A DNA stretch of 64,000 nucleotides from Azolla caroliniana (taxonomy: Eukaryota; Plantae; Polypodiophyta), in assembly GCA_043228905.1 (NCBI GenBank), contig JBHGNT010000013.1, positions 19,158,001 through 19,222,000 of the forward strand, read 5' to 3'. Shown here one piece after another: positions 22,208-33,665 of this stretch (its first letter is position 1; each line of letters starts with the position of its first letter). The position numbers were made by a program, and so were the translations under genes. The notes under the pieces are model-generated. The model made no database searches, was not told the origin of the DNA, and saw only the letters and a list, made by a program, of their open reading frames with translations.

Positions 22208-25200
22208 GCAGCTTCGAACACAACTTCTGGACACTGAAAAATTGAATCGGTTTGGTTTTTGAAATACTTTGATTCGGTTGAATGGCAACTACTATTATTC
22301 GGTACTCCCCCTCAAGCTTGGCAATGTAGAAATCATGAGACCAAGGTCAGATGTCGGCAACCTGTCGATCCGTGGGAACATATCAAAGTTCAACTTCACC
22401 GCTCAAGACTCACTCGCGAACAAAGTGATAATGCACTTCTATGTGCTTTGTCCGAGCATGGAATACAGAATGTTGCTCATGTTGTCATAGTAGATCAGGA
22501 TCAGGGTTGGTACCTCGATCTAGAGGTCACGCAGCAATCGTCGAAGCCAGATGGCTTCACAAGTGGCATTGGTAGCACCCCGGTACTCAGCCTCAGTGCT
22601 CAACAGAGCCACTGTTGGTTGCTTTTTGCTGCTCCACGCAACAACCGCGCTACCCAGAGAAAACATGTAACCGGAGGTGGATCGGCAATACGATGCATCA
22701 CCGGCCCAGTCGGCATCTGTATATCCGACTAGCTCTTCGGTTATACCATGCCGGTATAACAGTCCCTGGTCCTTCGTGTCGCCCACATACTGGAGTATCC
22801 GGTGTGCACATTGAATGTGCTCAACGGTCGCCTTCTGCATGAACTAGCTGATCACTCCGATCGGATAACTTAGGTCAATTTGTCGGAATCGTTTGTCATC
22901 GCAGGCCGGTCAAGAGTTGGGACGGAGCTTCTAGTTCCGGTCCAGGGGTGTGGAGACAGGTCGGCATTCCGGCATGCCGAACTTGTACAACATATTCAAC
23001 ACATAGTGTCGTTGTGAGAGCAATATACCGTCAGGAGTTCGGATCACCTCGATCCCAAGAAAATAATGAAGGTTCCCCATGTCCTTCATTTCAAATGCGT
23101 CCGACAACTGGGACTTTACTCGGCCGATTTCATTGAGTCTGGGTCCGGTGATGACTAAATCATCAACATAAAATAGGATGCAAACCGGACCATCGAGACC
23201 TTGCTGGATGAACAACGATGAGTCAGATTTAGAGGTCACAAACCCCATCTTACGCAACCGGTGCGTGATCTTCGCATTCCAAGCTCGGGGAGCTTGTTTT
23301 AGACCGTAAAGCGACTTCTTAAGCCGGCATACCGCCGACTTGTTCATCTCCGACTAAAGTCCAGGGGGTTGGATCATTAAGACCTCTTCTTGAAGGTTGC
23401 CTTAAAGAAACGGATTCTTCACGTCCATCTAGTGAAGATGCCACCCCCTTGCCGCGGCAACCGCCAGTACCACATGAACCGTCGACATCTTCGCTACCAG
23501 ATCGAAGGTCTCGTCGTAGTCAATTCCATGGGTCTAAGCGTATCCTACCACTAACTGGGCCTTGTACCCGTTAACCGAACCGTCCGCATTGTACTTTACC
23601 TTGTACACCCATTTGCAACCGATCGGTTTACAGTGTCGGGGAGGGTCAACGAGGTCCCATGTGTCGTTGGAATCGAGTGCCCGCATTTCTTCTTCCATAG
23701 CGGCACACCAATTTGCGTCCTTTGCTGCTTCTACGGAGCTCTCCGGCTCACGCACTTCCACCACTTTGGTCATGTACGCATAGTGATGCGCCATGTACTC
23801 ATTGTACCCATACCGCGTAACGGGGTTCTTCAGGCGAGAAGACGAACGTAACTTGTCATCACCCGATTTGGGGCCCTTCTTGGCCAGTTCAAACTTCGTT
23901 CCCAAATATCTGCCTTCATCCTTTCCAGAGTCGGATTCGCTCCGATCCAACTCAAGGTTGCCGATTTCGTATTCCGGCATCTTCTTCCTCCCCTTCTCTT
24001 TGCGCATGAACCATCTCCTCGGTTCCTTGCACGGGGAGAGCACAGCAGAGTCTCTACTACTCGTCGGTTCTTCATCCGACTGGTCATCTCGACTCAGCCG
24101 CTCATTCGGTCCACTGAGCCGGAATGAGATCATACTCTCTTCTAGAGTGCCGAAGTCTTCATCTTCTACCTAGACCTCCTCGGGCTCACTAGCCTCATCT
24201 TCCGAAATCGAGTCTTCGTCAGGAGTTGGAGTCGGTAAGGAGTACCATGATGCTATCTCATCAAACTTGACATCTCGGCTTACTCGAACCTGCTTAGTCC
24301 GGCAGTTATAGCACTTATACCCCTTCTGCTCATGCGAGTAGCCGACTAGGATGCATTTCTCTGACTTCGGATCTAGCTTCTTCCGCTTCTCATCCGGTAC
24401 ATGCACATCTGCTATGCTACCGAATATTCGAAGGTGTCTCAAATTCGACTTCCGCCCGAAATACAGCTCATGTGATGACACCTTGTCTCCGATCCAGTTT
24501 TGGATGTAGACGGTCGTCTGGACCGCCTCAGCCCCGTAGAATGGCGCATGCTCTTCTCTTCCAGCATTTCCCTTGTCGCGTTGGCAATCGACTGGCTCTT
24601 CCTTTCGGCCACACCATTTTGCTCCTGTGTGTATCTGCAACTGAATTCTCTCCGAATTCCGTGTTGCTACAGATAACTGTTGAATTGGCCAGAAAAGTAT
24701 TGTTTTCCGCCATCCGACCGCAAGCGCTTGACCTTCCTCTCCGTTTCCCATTCAACTAAGCTTTGCAAGTTCCAGAAACATTCAAAGACTTTGCTCTTCC
24801 ATTGGATGAGGTAGATCCACGTGTGTCGGCTGTAGTCATCGATGAAGGAGACGAAGTATCGGCTCCCACCAAGACTAAATTCTGTGTCAGTTCCCATACA
24901 TCTGAATGTATTAGATTGAGCTTGTTACGACTCCGGTTTTGTTCAGTGGGGAATGGAAGCCAGTGTTGCTTCCCGACTTGGGAGGTTTCACAAATTTCGG
25001 CCTTCCGGCCGCTAAATTTCGGCAAACCGAAGACAACTTGTTTCAATTGCAGGTCCTGAAGCCTCCCGTATTTGATGTGGCCGATCCTCTTGTGCCACAG
25101 GACAATGTCCAACTCGACCTTCTACCCTTTGGCAAACATGGCGGTGCCAACGTCGTTGGTGTTGAGGATGAACACCCTCCCTTCTCTACGCCCTTGCGCA

Positions 25201-25534
25201 ATTATCCGGCCTTCTTCCTCGATGAAGCACCCTAGGTCCGTAAACCGCACCTGCATCCCCTAGTCAACTCCAATTGACACCAGGTTCTTTGTGATAGTCG
25301 GAATGTGTAGTACGTTCATCAGCTTCCCCTTTTGTCTGACATGGCTTAAAGGGACTTCTCTGACATGCACAATCAGGTGAGGGGTGTCGTCTTCGGTTTC
25401 GACAATCCCCTGTTGTTCTGGGTTCTCCAAAAAGGAGAACCACTCTTCAAGGCTCGTCATGTGGTTGGACACTCCAGAATCAACGTACCATACTTTCTCC
25501 AATTTGGAAGTAGCTGTTAGTAGACAGGTCCCTC

Positions 25535-25820
25535 CGGATGGTGCAGGCCCGGTATGAACCGGATGAGGAGTACCCGACTTCTGGGAGAGTCGAATGGTGC
25601 AGGCCCGGTATGAACCGGATGAGGAGAACCCGACTTCGGAGAGTCGGATGGTGCAGGCCCGGTATGAACCGGATGAGGAGTACCCAACTTCTAGGAGAGT
25701 CGGATGGTGCAGGCCCGGTATGAACCGGATGAGGAGAACCCGACTTCTGGGAGAGTCGAATGGTGCAGGCCCGGTATGAACCGGATGAGGAGTACCCGAC
25801 TGCAGAGAGTCGGATGGAGC
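25535..25820 (+). repeat. 5 tandem ~55-56-bp units in the LTR U3 (also at 30371-30656)
   Basis: The unit GGATGGTGCAGGCCCGGTATGAACCGGATGAGGAG(T/A)ACCCGACTTCTGGGAGAGTC is repeated five times in each LTR. Confidence 0.95.
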
Positions 25821-26293
25821 CCATTGAGGCTACATTTGTAAATAGCCGAAAAGTCATATTAGTATAAATATGACTTAGGGCAAACTTTTAGTATGAGTTG
25901 TTGTCATTCTTGTTGTAATCCTTCCTTGTTGGTGCAAGAAGAAATCAGAGCGCGTAACTGTACAGAGAGAGAGAGAGAGAGAGAGACGAGATCGTTGCCT
26001 CTGTTGTAACCGCCGCCTGTGGCGAAGATCTGTGAGCACGAGGTCGTTGCCTCAGTGATCTCACTGCTGTATATTTCTACATAGTGACAGTTTGCAGCTT
26101 GTGGGCTGCCGTGGTTTTTCCCCTATTTTGGGGTTTTCCACGTATACCTCCTGTGTACCATTTCTCCTCTTTTGTGTCGCGTTTCATTACCTGTTTTTCT
26201 GTGTATGAAAAGAATCTCGGTTGTGGCCGAGCGTCGGACATAAGGAACGTCGAGTTCTCAACAAGTGGTATCAGAGCGAAATCGACACAGAAA

Positions 26294-29200
26294 ATGGACG
26301 AATCGTTTGGCGGCATGTTCAAGCTCACCGGCTCCAACTATTCAGTGTGGAAGTCGAAGATGAGGGACATGCTCGTGGTAAAAGACCTCTGGCTGCCGGT
26401 TCAGTTCGGGGACAAGAGACCGGACAAAATCGACGCCGCGATATGGGAGGTGATGCACATGAAGACAACGGCGTACATACGGTGCTTCATCGACATGAGC
26501 CTGTACAACAACTTCAATGAAGAGAGTAAGGATCATGAGCTCTGGGAGAAGATCGGCACAATGTTCCAGAACAAAAATGCTGTCAATCAGGCGTCGGTAT
26601 TCCGGAAGCTTGTAAGACTCCGATACCAAGATGGCCACAGCATGGCGGAGCATATGAATGCCTTCCAGGGGCTGATTCACCAGGCAACATCATTGGAAGT
26701 ACCTCTTGCCGATGAGGTCCTAGCGCTACTCCTGCTCGGTTCCCTCCCGGATAGCTGGGAGACGTTGGTTGTTACTTTGGGCAACGCCGGGCCGGAAGGA
26801 AAACGGCTATCCCTAGCAAGAGTAAAATCGAGCTTGCTAGATGAGGAGGCTCGTCGGAAAGACAAAGATACGAGCTCCGACTCCAAAGCGCTCCTTACCG
26901 AATCAGAACGCGGAAGACATAGAAACAGTAGTCCCCAGAACCGGGAGAAGTCGGGGACACGATCAAAGTCAAGGGGGAGGCCGACTTGCTTCTATTGCGG
27001 CAAGTCGGGACACTTCCAAAAGAACTGTCGGCATTTCCGTAAAGACAAGGAAACCGACGGTACCGATTCGAAGCAAACCCAGAACCGGAACGGTACAGAC
27101 CGGAGGGGGCCGGACCGGAAGGGAACGACGGCAATTGCGGCAAGTGAAGAGGAGTTGATGCTCATCACCGAGGAGAGTGAGATAAACCATGCCGGCGATG
27201 AGATGACCTGGGTGGTAGACTCCGGAGCGTCGTTCCACCTTACCCCGACCCGGAAATGCTTCTCATCCTACTCAGCCGGTGATCACGGCTGTGTCCGGAT
27301 GGGGAATGAAGGAACATGCCGAATTGTCGGCATAGGAGACGTGTGGCTGACAACACCAACCGGATGCAAATTGCTGTTGAAAGATGTCTGACACGTTCCG
27401 GAAGTTCGTCTGAACCTGATATCAGCCGGTCGGCTAGATGATGAAGGCTACACGAGTAGCATCCGGAACGGTGTCATGAAGTTCAGCAAAGGGAGCCTGA
27501 TTGTGGCTCGGGCCCGGAAGGTAAACACACTGTACTTGATGAATACCCGGTTATGTCCGGAAGAAGTGAACGTGGTTTCCAACACTACCGGTGAGTTGTG
27601 GCACAAGAGGCTATGTCACATGAGTGAGAAGGGGATGAAGAGGCTTGCAGACGACAACCTCATTTCAGTGAAGAACGTGCACTTAGAGAAGTGCACTGAT
27701 TGTCTGGCCGATAAGCAGAACCGGACCTCCTTCCGACCAAGGCCACCGATGAGACGTAATGCACCACTGGAGTTGGTGCATACGGATGTTTGTCAAGTAG
27801 ACACGAAGTCACATGCCGGAGCGCAGTACTTCGTGACGTTCATAGATGACCACAGCCAGAAGCTGTGGGCCACACCGCTGAAGACGAAGGATCAGGTGTT
27901 ATCCGTCTTCAAAGAGCTCCATGCGAGAGTGGAAAGAGAAACCGGCCGGAAGCTGAAGGCGGTTCGAGCAGATAACGGAGGTGAGTACCGGGGGCAGTTC
28001 GAGGAGTACTACCGCTCAAAGGGAATCCGGCTCGAATTTACCGTGCCGAAGACGCCGGAACTAAACGGACTAGCCGAGAGGATGAACCGGACCATAATGG
28101 AGAGGGTCCGGAGTATGCTAGCGCATGCAAAACTACCCAAGAAGTTTTGGGCTGAGGCACTGTCGACGGCGACATATGTGATAAACAGATCACCCTTAGT
28201 ACCCTTGGACGGAGACACGCCACAGAGAGTATGGACCGGTAAGGAAGTGTCCTACCGGCACCTAAGGGTTTTCGGGTGTCTCGCGTACGTGCATGTAGCA
28301 AAGGACCGGAGAGGAAAGCTAGATCCAAAGACCCGGCCATGCATATTCCTCGGTTACGGTGACGACGAGTTCGGCTACCGAGTCTGGGACCCGGTCGACA
28401 AGAAGGTATTCCGGAGTCGAGATATTATCTTCATGGAGGACAAGACGCTCGCCGACTGGGAGTCGGAGAAGAAGATAGTGAACTCCGAGTCGACCGGTAA
28501 GGATAGACTCTACAATGAGCAGACCCAACCGGCAAGAGACCGGTTAGCACTCGAGGAACCAGCCGGTTACGGTGAGGATACCGAACCGGCAGAAGAAGAA
28601 GTAGAGGAAGCTGAGACCGGAACCGGTCAAGACCCCGAATCGGATTCGGATGAAGAGCAAATGGAGGAACCGATTACCGAAGCCCGAAGACGTAGATACC
28701 CTCTCAGAGAGAGAAGGGCGCCCCGGAGATTTCCGGATGCAGAGCATGTCCTGTTGACCGATGAGGGGGAGCCGGAAAGCTTCGAAGAAGCGAAGGTTGA
28801 CACCCACAGCCGAAAATGGTTAAGTGCCATGCAGGATGAGATGGATTCCCTGCATGAGAACCATACGTACGAATTGGTGGAGCTGCCGAAAGGAAAGCGG
28901 GCACTCCGAAACAAGTGGGTATTCAAGTTGAAACCGGGAGATGCCGGCAACCCCCCGAGATACAAAGCCAGGATCGTGGTGAAGGGGTTCCAGCAGAAGA
29001 AAGGCGTGGACTTCGACGAAATATTCGCCCCGGTAGTAAAGATGACCTCCATCCGGACGGTGCTCAGTATAGCAGCAAGCATGGATCTCGAGGTAGAGCA
29101 GCTGGAGGTGAAGACGGCATTCCTCCACGGCGACCTCGAAGAGGAAATCTACATGCAGCAACCGGAAGGATTTGTGGAGAAAGGGAAGGAGCACCTGGTA

Positions 29201-30340
29201 TGCCGGTTGAAGAAGAGCCTGTACGGACTGAAGCAGGCTCCCCGGCAATGGTATCGGAAGTTCGACTCCTTCATGACCGATCAAGGGTACCACAAGACGC
29301 AGGCCGATCACTGCGTGTTTGTGAAGAAGTTCGAAGGAGGGGACTTCCTGATACTCCTCCTGTACGTGGATGACATGTTGATCGTCGGACGAGACCAAGG
29401 AAAAATACGGATGCTGAAGAAGGCTCTCAACCGGACCTTCTCAATGAAGGACTTGGGTCCGGCAAGACAGATGTTGGGGATGCACATCATTCGGGACCGG
29501 TCAGTGAAGCTACTATGGCTATCATAGGAGAAGTATGTGACAAAGGTGCTTCACCGGTTCAACATGTCAGATGCAAAACCGGTCGGATCGACACTTCCGG
29601 CAAACTGCAAGTTGTCCGGCAAGCAAAGCCCGAAGACAAAAGGAGAGAAGGCAGATATGATGAAGATTCCATATGCCTCTGCCGTCGGGAGCTTGATGTA
29701 CGCAATGGTTTGTACCCGACCGGACATTGGATACGCAGTCGGAGTGGTGAGCCGGTTCATGAGTAATCCCGGCAAGGAGCATTGGAACGCGGTCAAGTGG
29801 ATACTCCGGTATTTGAAGGGCACTTCAAATATGTGTCTCCGATTCGGCTCCGGAAAACCTCAACTGGATGGCTTCACCGATTCGGACATGTCGGCTGATG
29901 TGGATACCAGCCGGTCTACATCCGGGTATGTGATGACATATGCAGGGGGAGCTGTCTCGTGGCAGTCGAGGCTGCAGAAGACGGTTGCATTGTCAACCAC
30001 AGAGGCGGAGTACATGGCGGCTGTGGAAGCCGGAAAGGAACTATTATGAATGAAGGACTTCATCGGGGAGCTCGGTATCCGGCAAGAGGAATACCGACTC
30101 TACTGCGACAGTCAAAGTGCCATCCACCTTGCTAAGAATGCGGCCTACCATTCCCGGACAAAGCATATCCAGCGGAGGTATCACTGGATCCGGGAAAGGG
30201 TAGATGACCAGGAGTTCACATTGGCGAAGATCCACACGGCCAAGAACGGGTCAGATATGCTGACCAAAGTGCTGACACCCGACAAGCTGGACGCATGCCG
30301 GAAGAGGATCGGGTTGGAAAGACACCCCATGCCGGAGTGA
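26294..30340 (+). pseudogene. Single-frame gag-pol of the young Copia with three nonsense mutations
   Basis: ORFs 26084-27391, 27476-29527, 29537-30049 and 30050-30340 are all in one frame. Motifs are CFYCGKSGHFQKNC, DSGASFH, ADNGGEY, YVDD and FTDSD. Confidence 0.95.
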
Positions 30341-32279
30341 AGGGGGAGTTTGTTGGTAGACAGGTCCCTCCGGATGGTGCAGGCCCGGTATGAACCGGAT
30401 GAGGAGTACCCGACTTCTGGGAGAGTCGGTTGGTGCAGGCCCGGTATGAACCGGATGAGGAGAACCCGACTTCGGAGAGTCGGATGGTGCAGGCCCGGTA
30501 TGAACCGGATGAGGAGTACCCAACTTCTAGGAGAGTCGGATGGTGCAGGCCCGGTATGAACCGGATGAGGAGAACCCGACTTCTGGGAGAGTCGGATGGT
30601 GCAGGCCCGGTATGAACCGGATGAGGAGTACCCGACTGCGGAGAGTCGGATGGAGCCCATCGAGGCTACATTTGTAAATAGCCGAAAAGTCATATTAGTA
30701 TAAATATGACTTAGGGCAAACTTTTAGTATGAGTTGTTGTCATTCTTGTTGTAATCCTTCCTTGTTGGTGCAAGAAGAAATCAGAGCGCGTAACTGTACA
30801 GAGAGAGAGAGAGAGAGAGAGAGACGAGGTCGTTGCCTCTGTTGTAATCGCCGCCTGTGGCGAAGATCTGTGAGCACGAGGTCGTTGCCTCAGTGATCTC
30901 ACTGCTGTATATTTCTACATAGTGACAGTTTGCAGCTTGTGGGCTGCCGTGGTTTTTCCCCTATTTTGGGGTTTTCCACGTATACCTCCTGTGTACCATT
31001 TCTCCTCTTTTGTGTCGCGTTTCATTACCTGTTTTTCTGTGTATGAAAAGAATCTCGGTTGTGGCCGAGCGTCGGACATAAGGAACGTCGAGTTCTCAAC
31101 AGTAGCCTTCTAAATCGACTTAGCCTTGTGCTTCATCACGAAGGCTGGCCCTTTACCGATTTTCCCGGTTCTGGATCCTTCTGATCCTTCTGCGTAGTGC
31201 GAACTTTGCCGATTCTCCCGACCGGTTTTGCTGAATCCGGATTTGTCCAAATTGGCGCGTTTCTTCCAACACTCGCTTTCCCTGTGGCCCTTGTTGCCAC
31301 AGTACCAGCATTCCGTGTCGGCCTTTCCTTGTTAGTTCTCAGCACCGCTTTGACTCCCCCTGCTTGTGGAGGGTCCGGAACTACTGTTGGCACCACCTCT
31401 GTGCCTCCGGTCCTGCTCTTGCCGACCCACCTTGTCCACCACGTCCATGGGGCCGATCCGTCTCTGTGTACAGCATTCGGTCGTTCGATTGAGTGGTCCT
31501 TGACCCACTTGCGTGGTTTTCTTCGACCATCAGCATCGATTGCAAGTCGAAGAAAGACAGTGGTTTCTCCCGGGTGCAGATTGCTGTCCAGATTGACCCG
31601 TACCTTTGTGCTAGACCACCGAGGCAAATTTGTACCATCTCGTCTTCGTCCACCATCAGGTTGATGAAACCCGAGTGTGTCACAAATCTCCTTTATCTTG
31701 GTGGTGTAATCCATAACCGACATGTCTCTTTGCCAGATGTTGTTCAGTTATTGTCGGAGCTGCAAGTTACAGGCAATGGTACTCGCGGCGAAAATATTCC
31801 TTCGATTTCCCCAGGCCTCCTTCGGCGTCTTCACATCCTTGATATAGCCGAGCATCTTCTCGTGCACACAGGACACGAGGCAGCACAATACTCGGCTCAC
31901 TCCTTGCTCCCAAACCGGGAAGTCATTGTGTGCTAGCTCCAGCGCTACCTCGTTCGTTCCTTCCACGAAGCTCCAATATCCATGCCCCATCAAGTACTAG
32001 TGCATTTTATATGACCAGGACGTGTAGTTGCTCCGGTCGAGCTTCTCTGTTGGAAGTGAACTCGCCATTCTTCTATCCATATCTTCTCTCTGTCTATTGT
32101 TACCAAGTTCTAGGGTTCGTCTACGGAAGCAAGTTCGGCTACAAAGGTTCTCAACCCTCGCACTGTGATACCGTGTGAATGTAAACGTGCGGAAGGGTTA
32201 GATAGAACCAGCTCAGCCGGATAGCAATAGAGAATAAGATGAAGGTTTAATGGAGAAGCTTAATACACAGAGAGTATAC

Positions 32280-32317
<38 letters not shown>

Positions 32318-32633
32318 AGAGAGAGCAGAGAGAGCAAAACATAAACTCAATTCAAAATATCACTTTGAAAACTCTATACATACAACGTGGTAAACAACAC
32401 TATTTATACAAGTCCATAAAGGATTGACAGAAGTACTGACAGGTACTTCAATATTCCTACGTGGGACTGACACTAACTACGAGACAATGATTACCTAGTA
32501 GTCTAGGCTACTACTAGGCTTCCGGTTCCCGCTCGAATCCGGCTCTCCAATCCGTCTCCCCGATACGGCCGATTGTTTCCTGATACCGATCCGGCCCATC
32601 CTTCCGGATCCGGTAGAGTTTGCTCGCTCAACA

Positions 32634-33629
32634 CCTTCAGATTTTGCGCTTTCGTCAACTGTTATCCCCACTTCTAGCAAACATTATCTTCGCAATTCAG
32701 GATGCAGCCTCAGACCATATTTCTGCAAAGCATCAAGGTACTTGTGATGAAAGAACCTAATGTGCTCTATACATGACATCTTTTGTTTGTAGTCATTGTC
32801 ATTATTGTGGTCTCAAACTAGCAACTTGGCTTCTTCATGTGTAAGACTGCATACACTTTACATTCTGCATATTGGAAGAACAGGGTAAGAGGATATTCCT
32901 TGACAAGCTTACGACGGGCTTCAGTGGAGTGGGATCCTCTAATGACATAGTATGTGTAATCATCTGCTATTTGAAGTCCGCTACAGTTGGGCATTGATCT
33001 GGATCTACCATTACAAGGAATGGCACAATAGTAGCATGTGGAAATATCTTCATCTTGCTTTTTAAATTTTGCACATCCACTGCATGGGGCTCTCTTATCT
33101 CTAAAGCCCGTCTTCTTGTTTTTGGATCGACGGACGGCCTTTGAATTGAACAGATCGGTAAATGAAATAATTTTCCTTTACGCACAAGTTTAATTTTCGC
33201 GATGTTTTCACATATTCGATTTTGTTCGAAGGTGAGGATTCCTGAGGCAATCTGCCCACCTGGAGGAATTACTTCTAATTGTGTGTCTTCATCCTCATCT
33301 TCGATGAACTCTAATACTTCGAGTTCGTTGTCCTCAAGTTGCTGCTATTTCTTGTATTTTTTATGTTCTAATTTATCTTTTCGTGTAGACTTCAACGGTG
33401 TCTCTGCTTGGGCGACCATGAGTTCTCCCTTAATGTAAGTACACAAAGCAACAATTAAGTTGTTTTTAGTTTGTACATCTTTTTTTAGGGCTTTAGGGTG
33501 GCAAGAATTCGTCACAAAATAGCCCTCATCAACTCGGACCCTATGCATTCCCCTTGAGCTCTCAACATCAAGCAGCAGGTTTGGTGAATCATTATCTTCA
33601 TATTCAACATTCTTTATTTGGCCATATGT
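32634..33629 (-). pseudogene. Degenerate ORF with a ParB/Sulfiredoxin-like domain
   Basis: Stitched translation across two frameshifts: REPHAVDVQNLKSKMK..VPFLVMV..YYVIRGSHSTEARRKL..LTHEEAKLLV*DHNNDNDYKQKMSCIEHIRF. The spacing of motifs resembles the ParB N-terminal domain. Confidence 0.55.
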
Positions 33630-33665
33630 GAATACTACGATAAATTCTCACCACGGGATATTATA

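Larger units (their letters stand above)
25515..31101 (+). mobile_element. Young full-length Ty1/Copia LTR retrotransposon (5587 bp)
   Basis: Perfect 5-bp TSD GTAGC (25510-14 / 31102-06); LTRs 25515-26263 and 30351-31101 about 99% identical by eye; PBS TGGTATCAGAGC at 26266-26277 (tRNA-iMet); PPT at 30335-30348. Confidence 0.98.
22208..32633 (-). mobile_element. Degenerate Copia B (5' LTR 32174-32633, degenerate Met PBS 32162-32173, gag 31107-32030, pol 22300-25514), interrupted by the young Copia
   Basis: Motifs include WYVDSGVSNHM (PR), LWHKRIGH, SFIDDYSR (INT), GCKWVYKVK, LYGLKQAPRAW, YVDD (RT) and YTDADWAG (RH). Gag resembles Copia C. Confidence 0.88.

Noticed and set aside
25535-25820. 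Regularly spaced repeats resembling a CRISPR array
   Set aside because: The units are head-to-tail with no unique spacers, lie inside both LTRs of a Copia element, and have no cas genes nearby. The context is eukaryotic.
26084-26293. N-terminal extension of the Copia gag ORF from a GTG in the LTR
   Set aside because: It starts inside the LTR and crosses the PBS. The ATG at 26294 is the plausible start.
27389-27391. Possible programmed stop-codon readthrough in the Copia polyprotein
   Set aside because: The stop falls inside the protease region at a position that is Arg in the relative at 21017-21565 (RDVRHVP), so it is a CGA>TGA mutation.
21903-32638. Outer flanks GAAGG (21903-07) and CCTTC (32634-38) are reverse complements, hinting at an inverted TSD
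   Set aside because: Only 5 bp match, the two LTRs are of different types and in the same orientation, so chance cannot be excluded.
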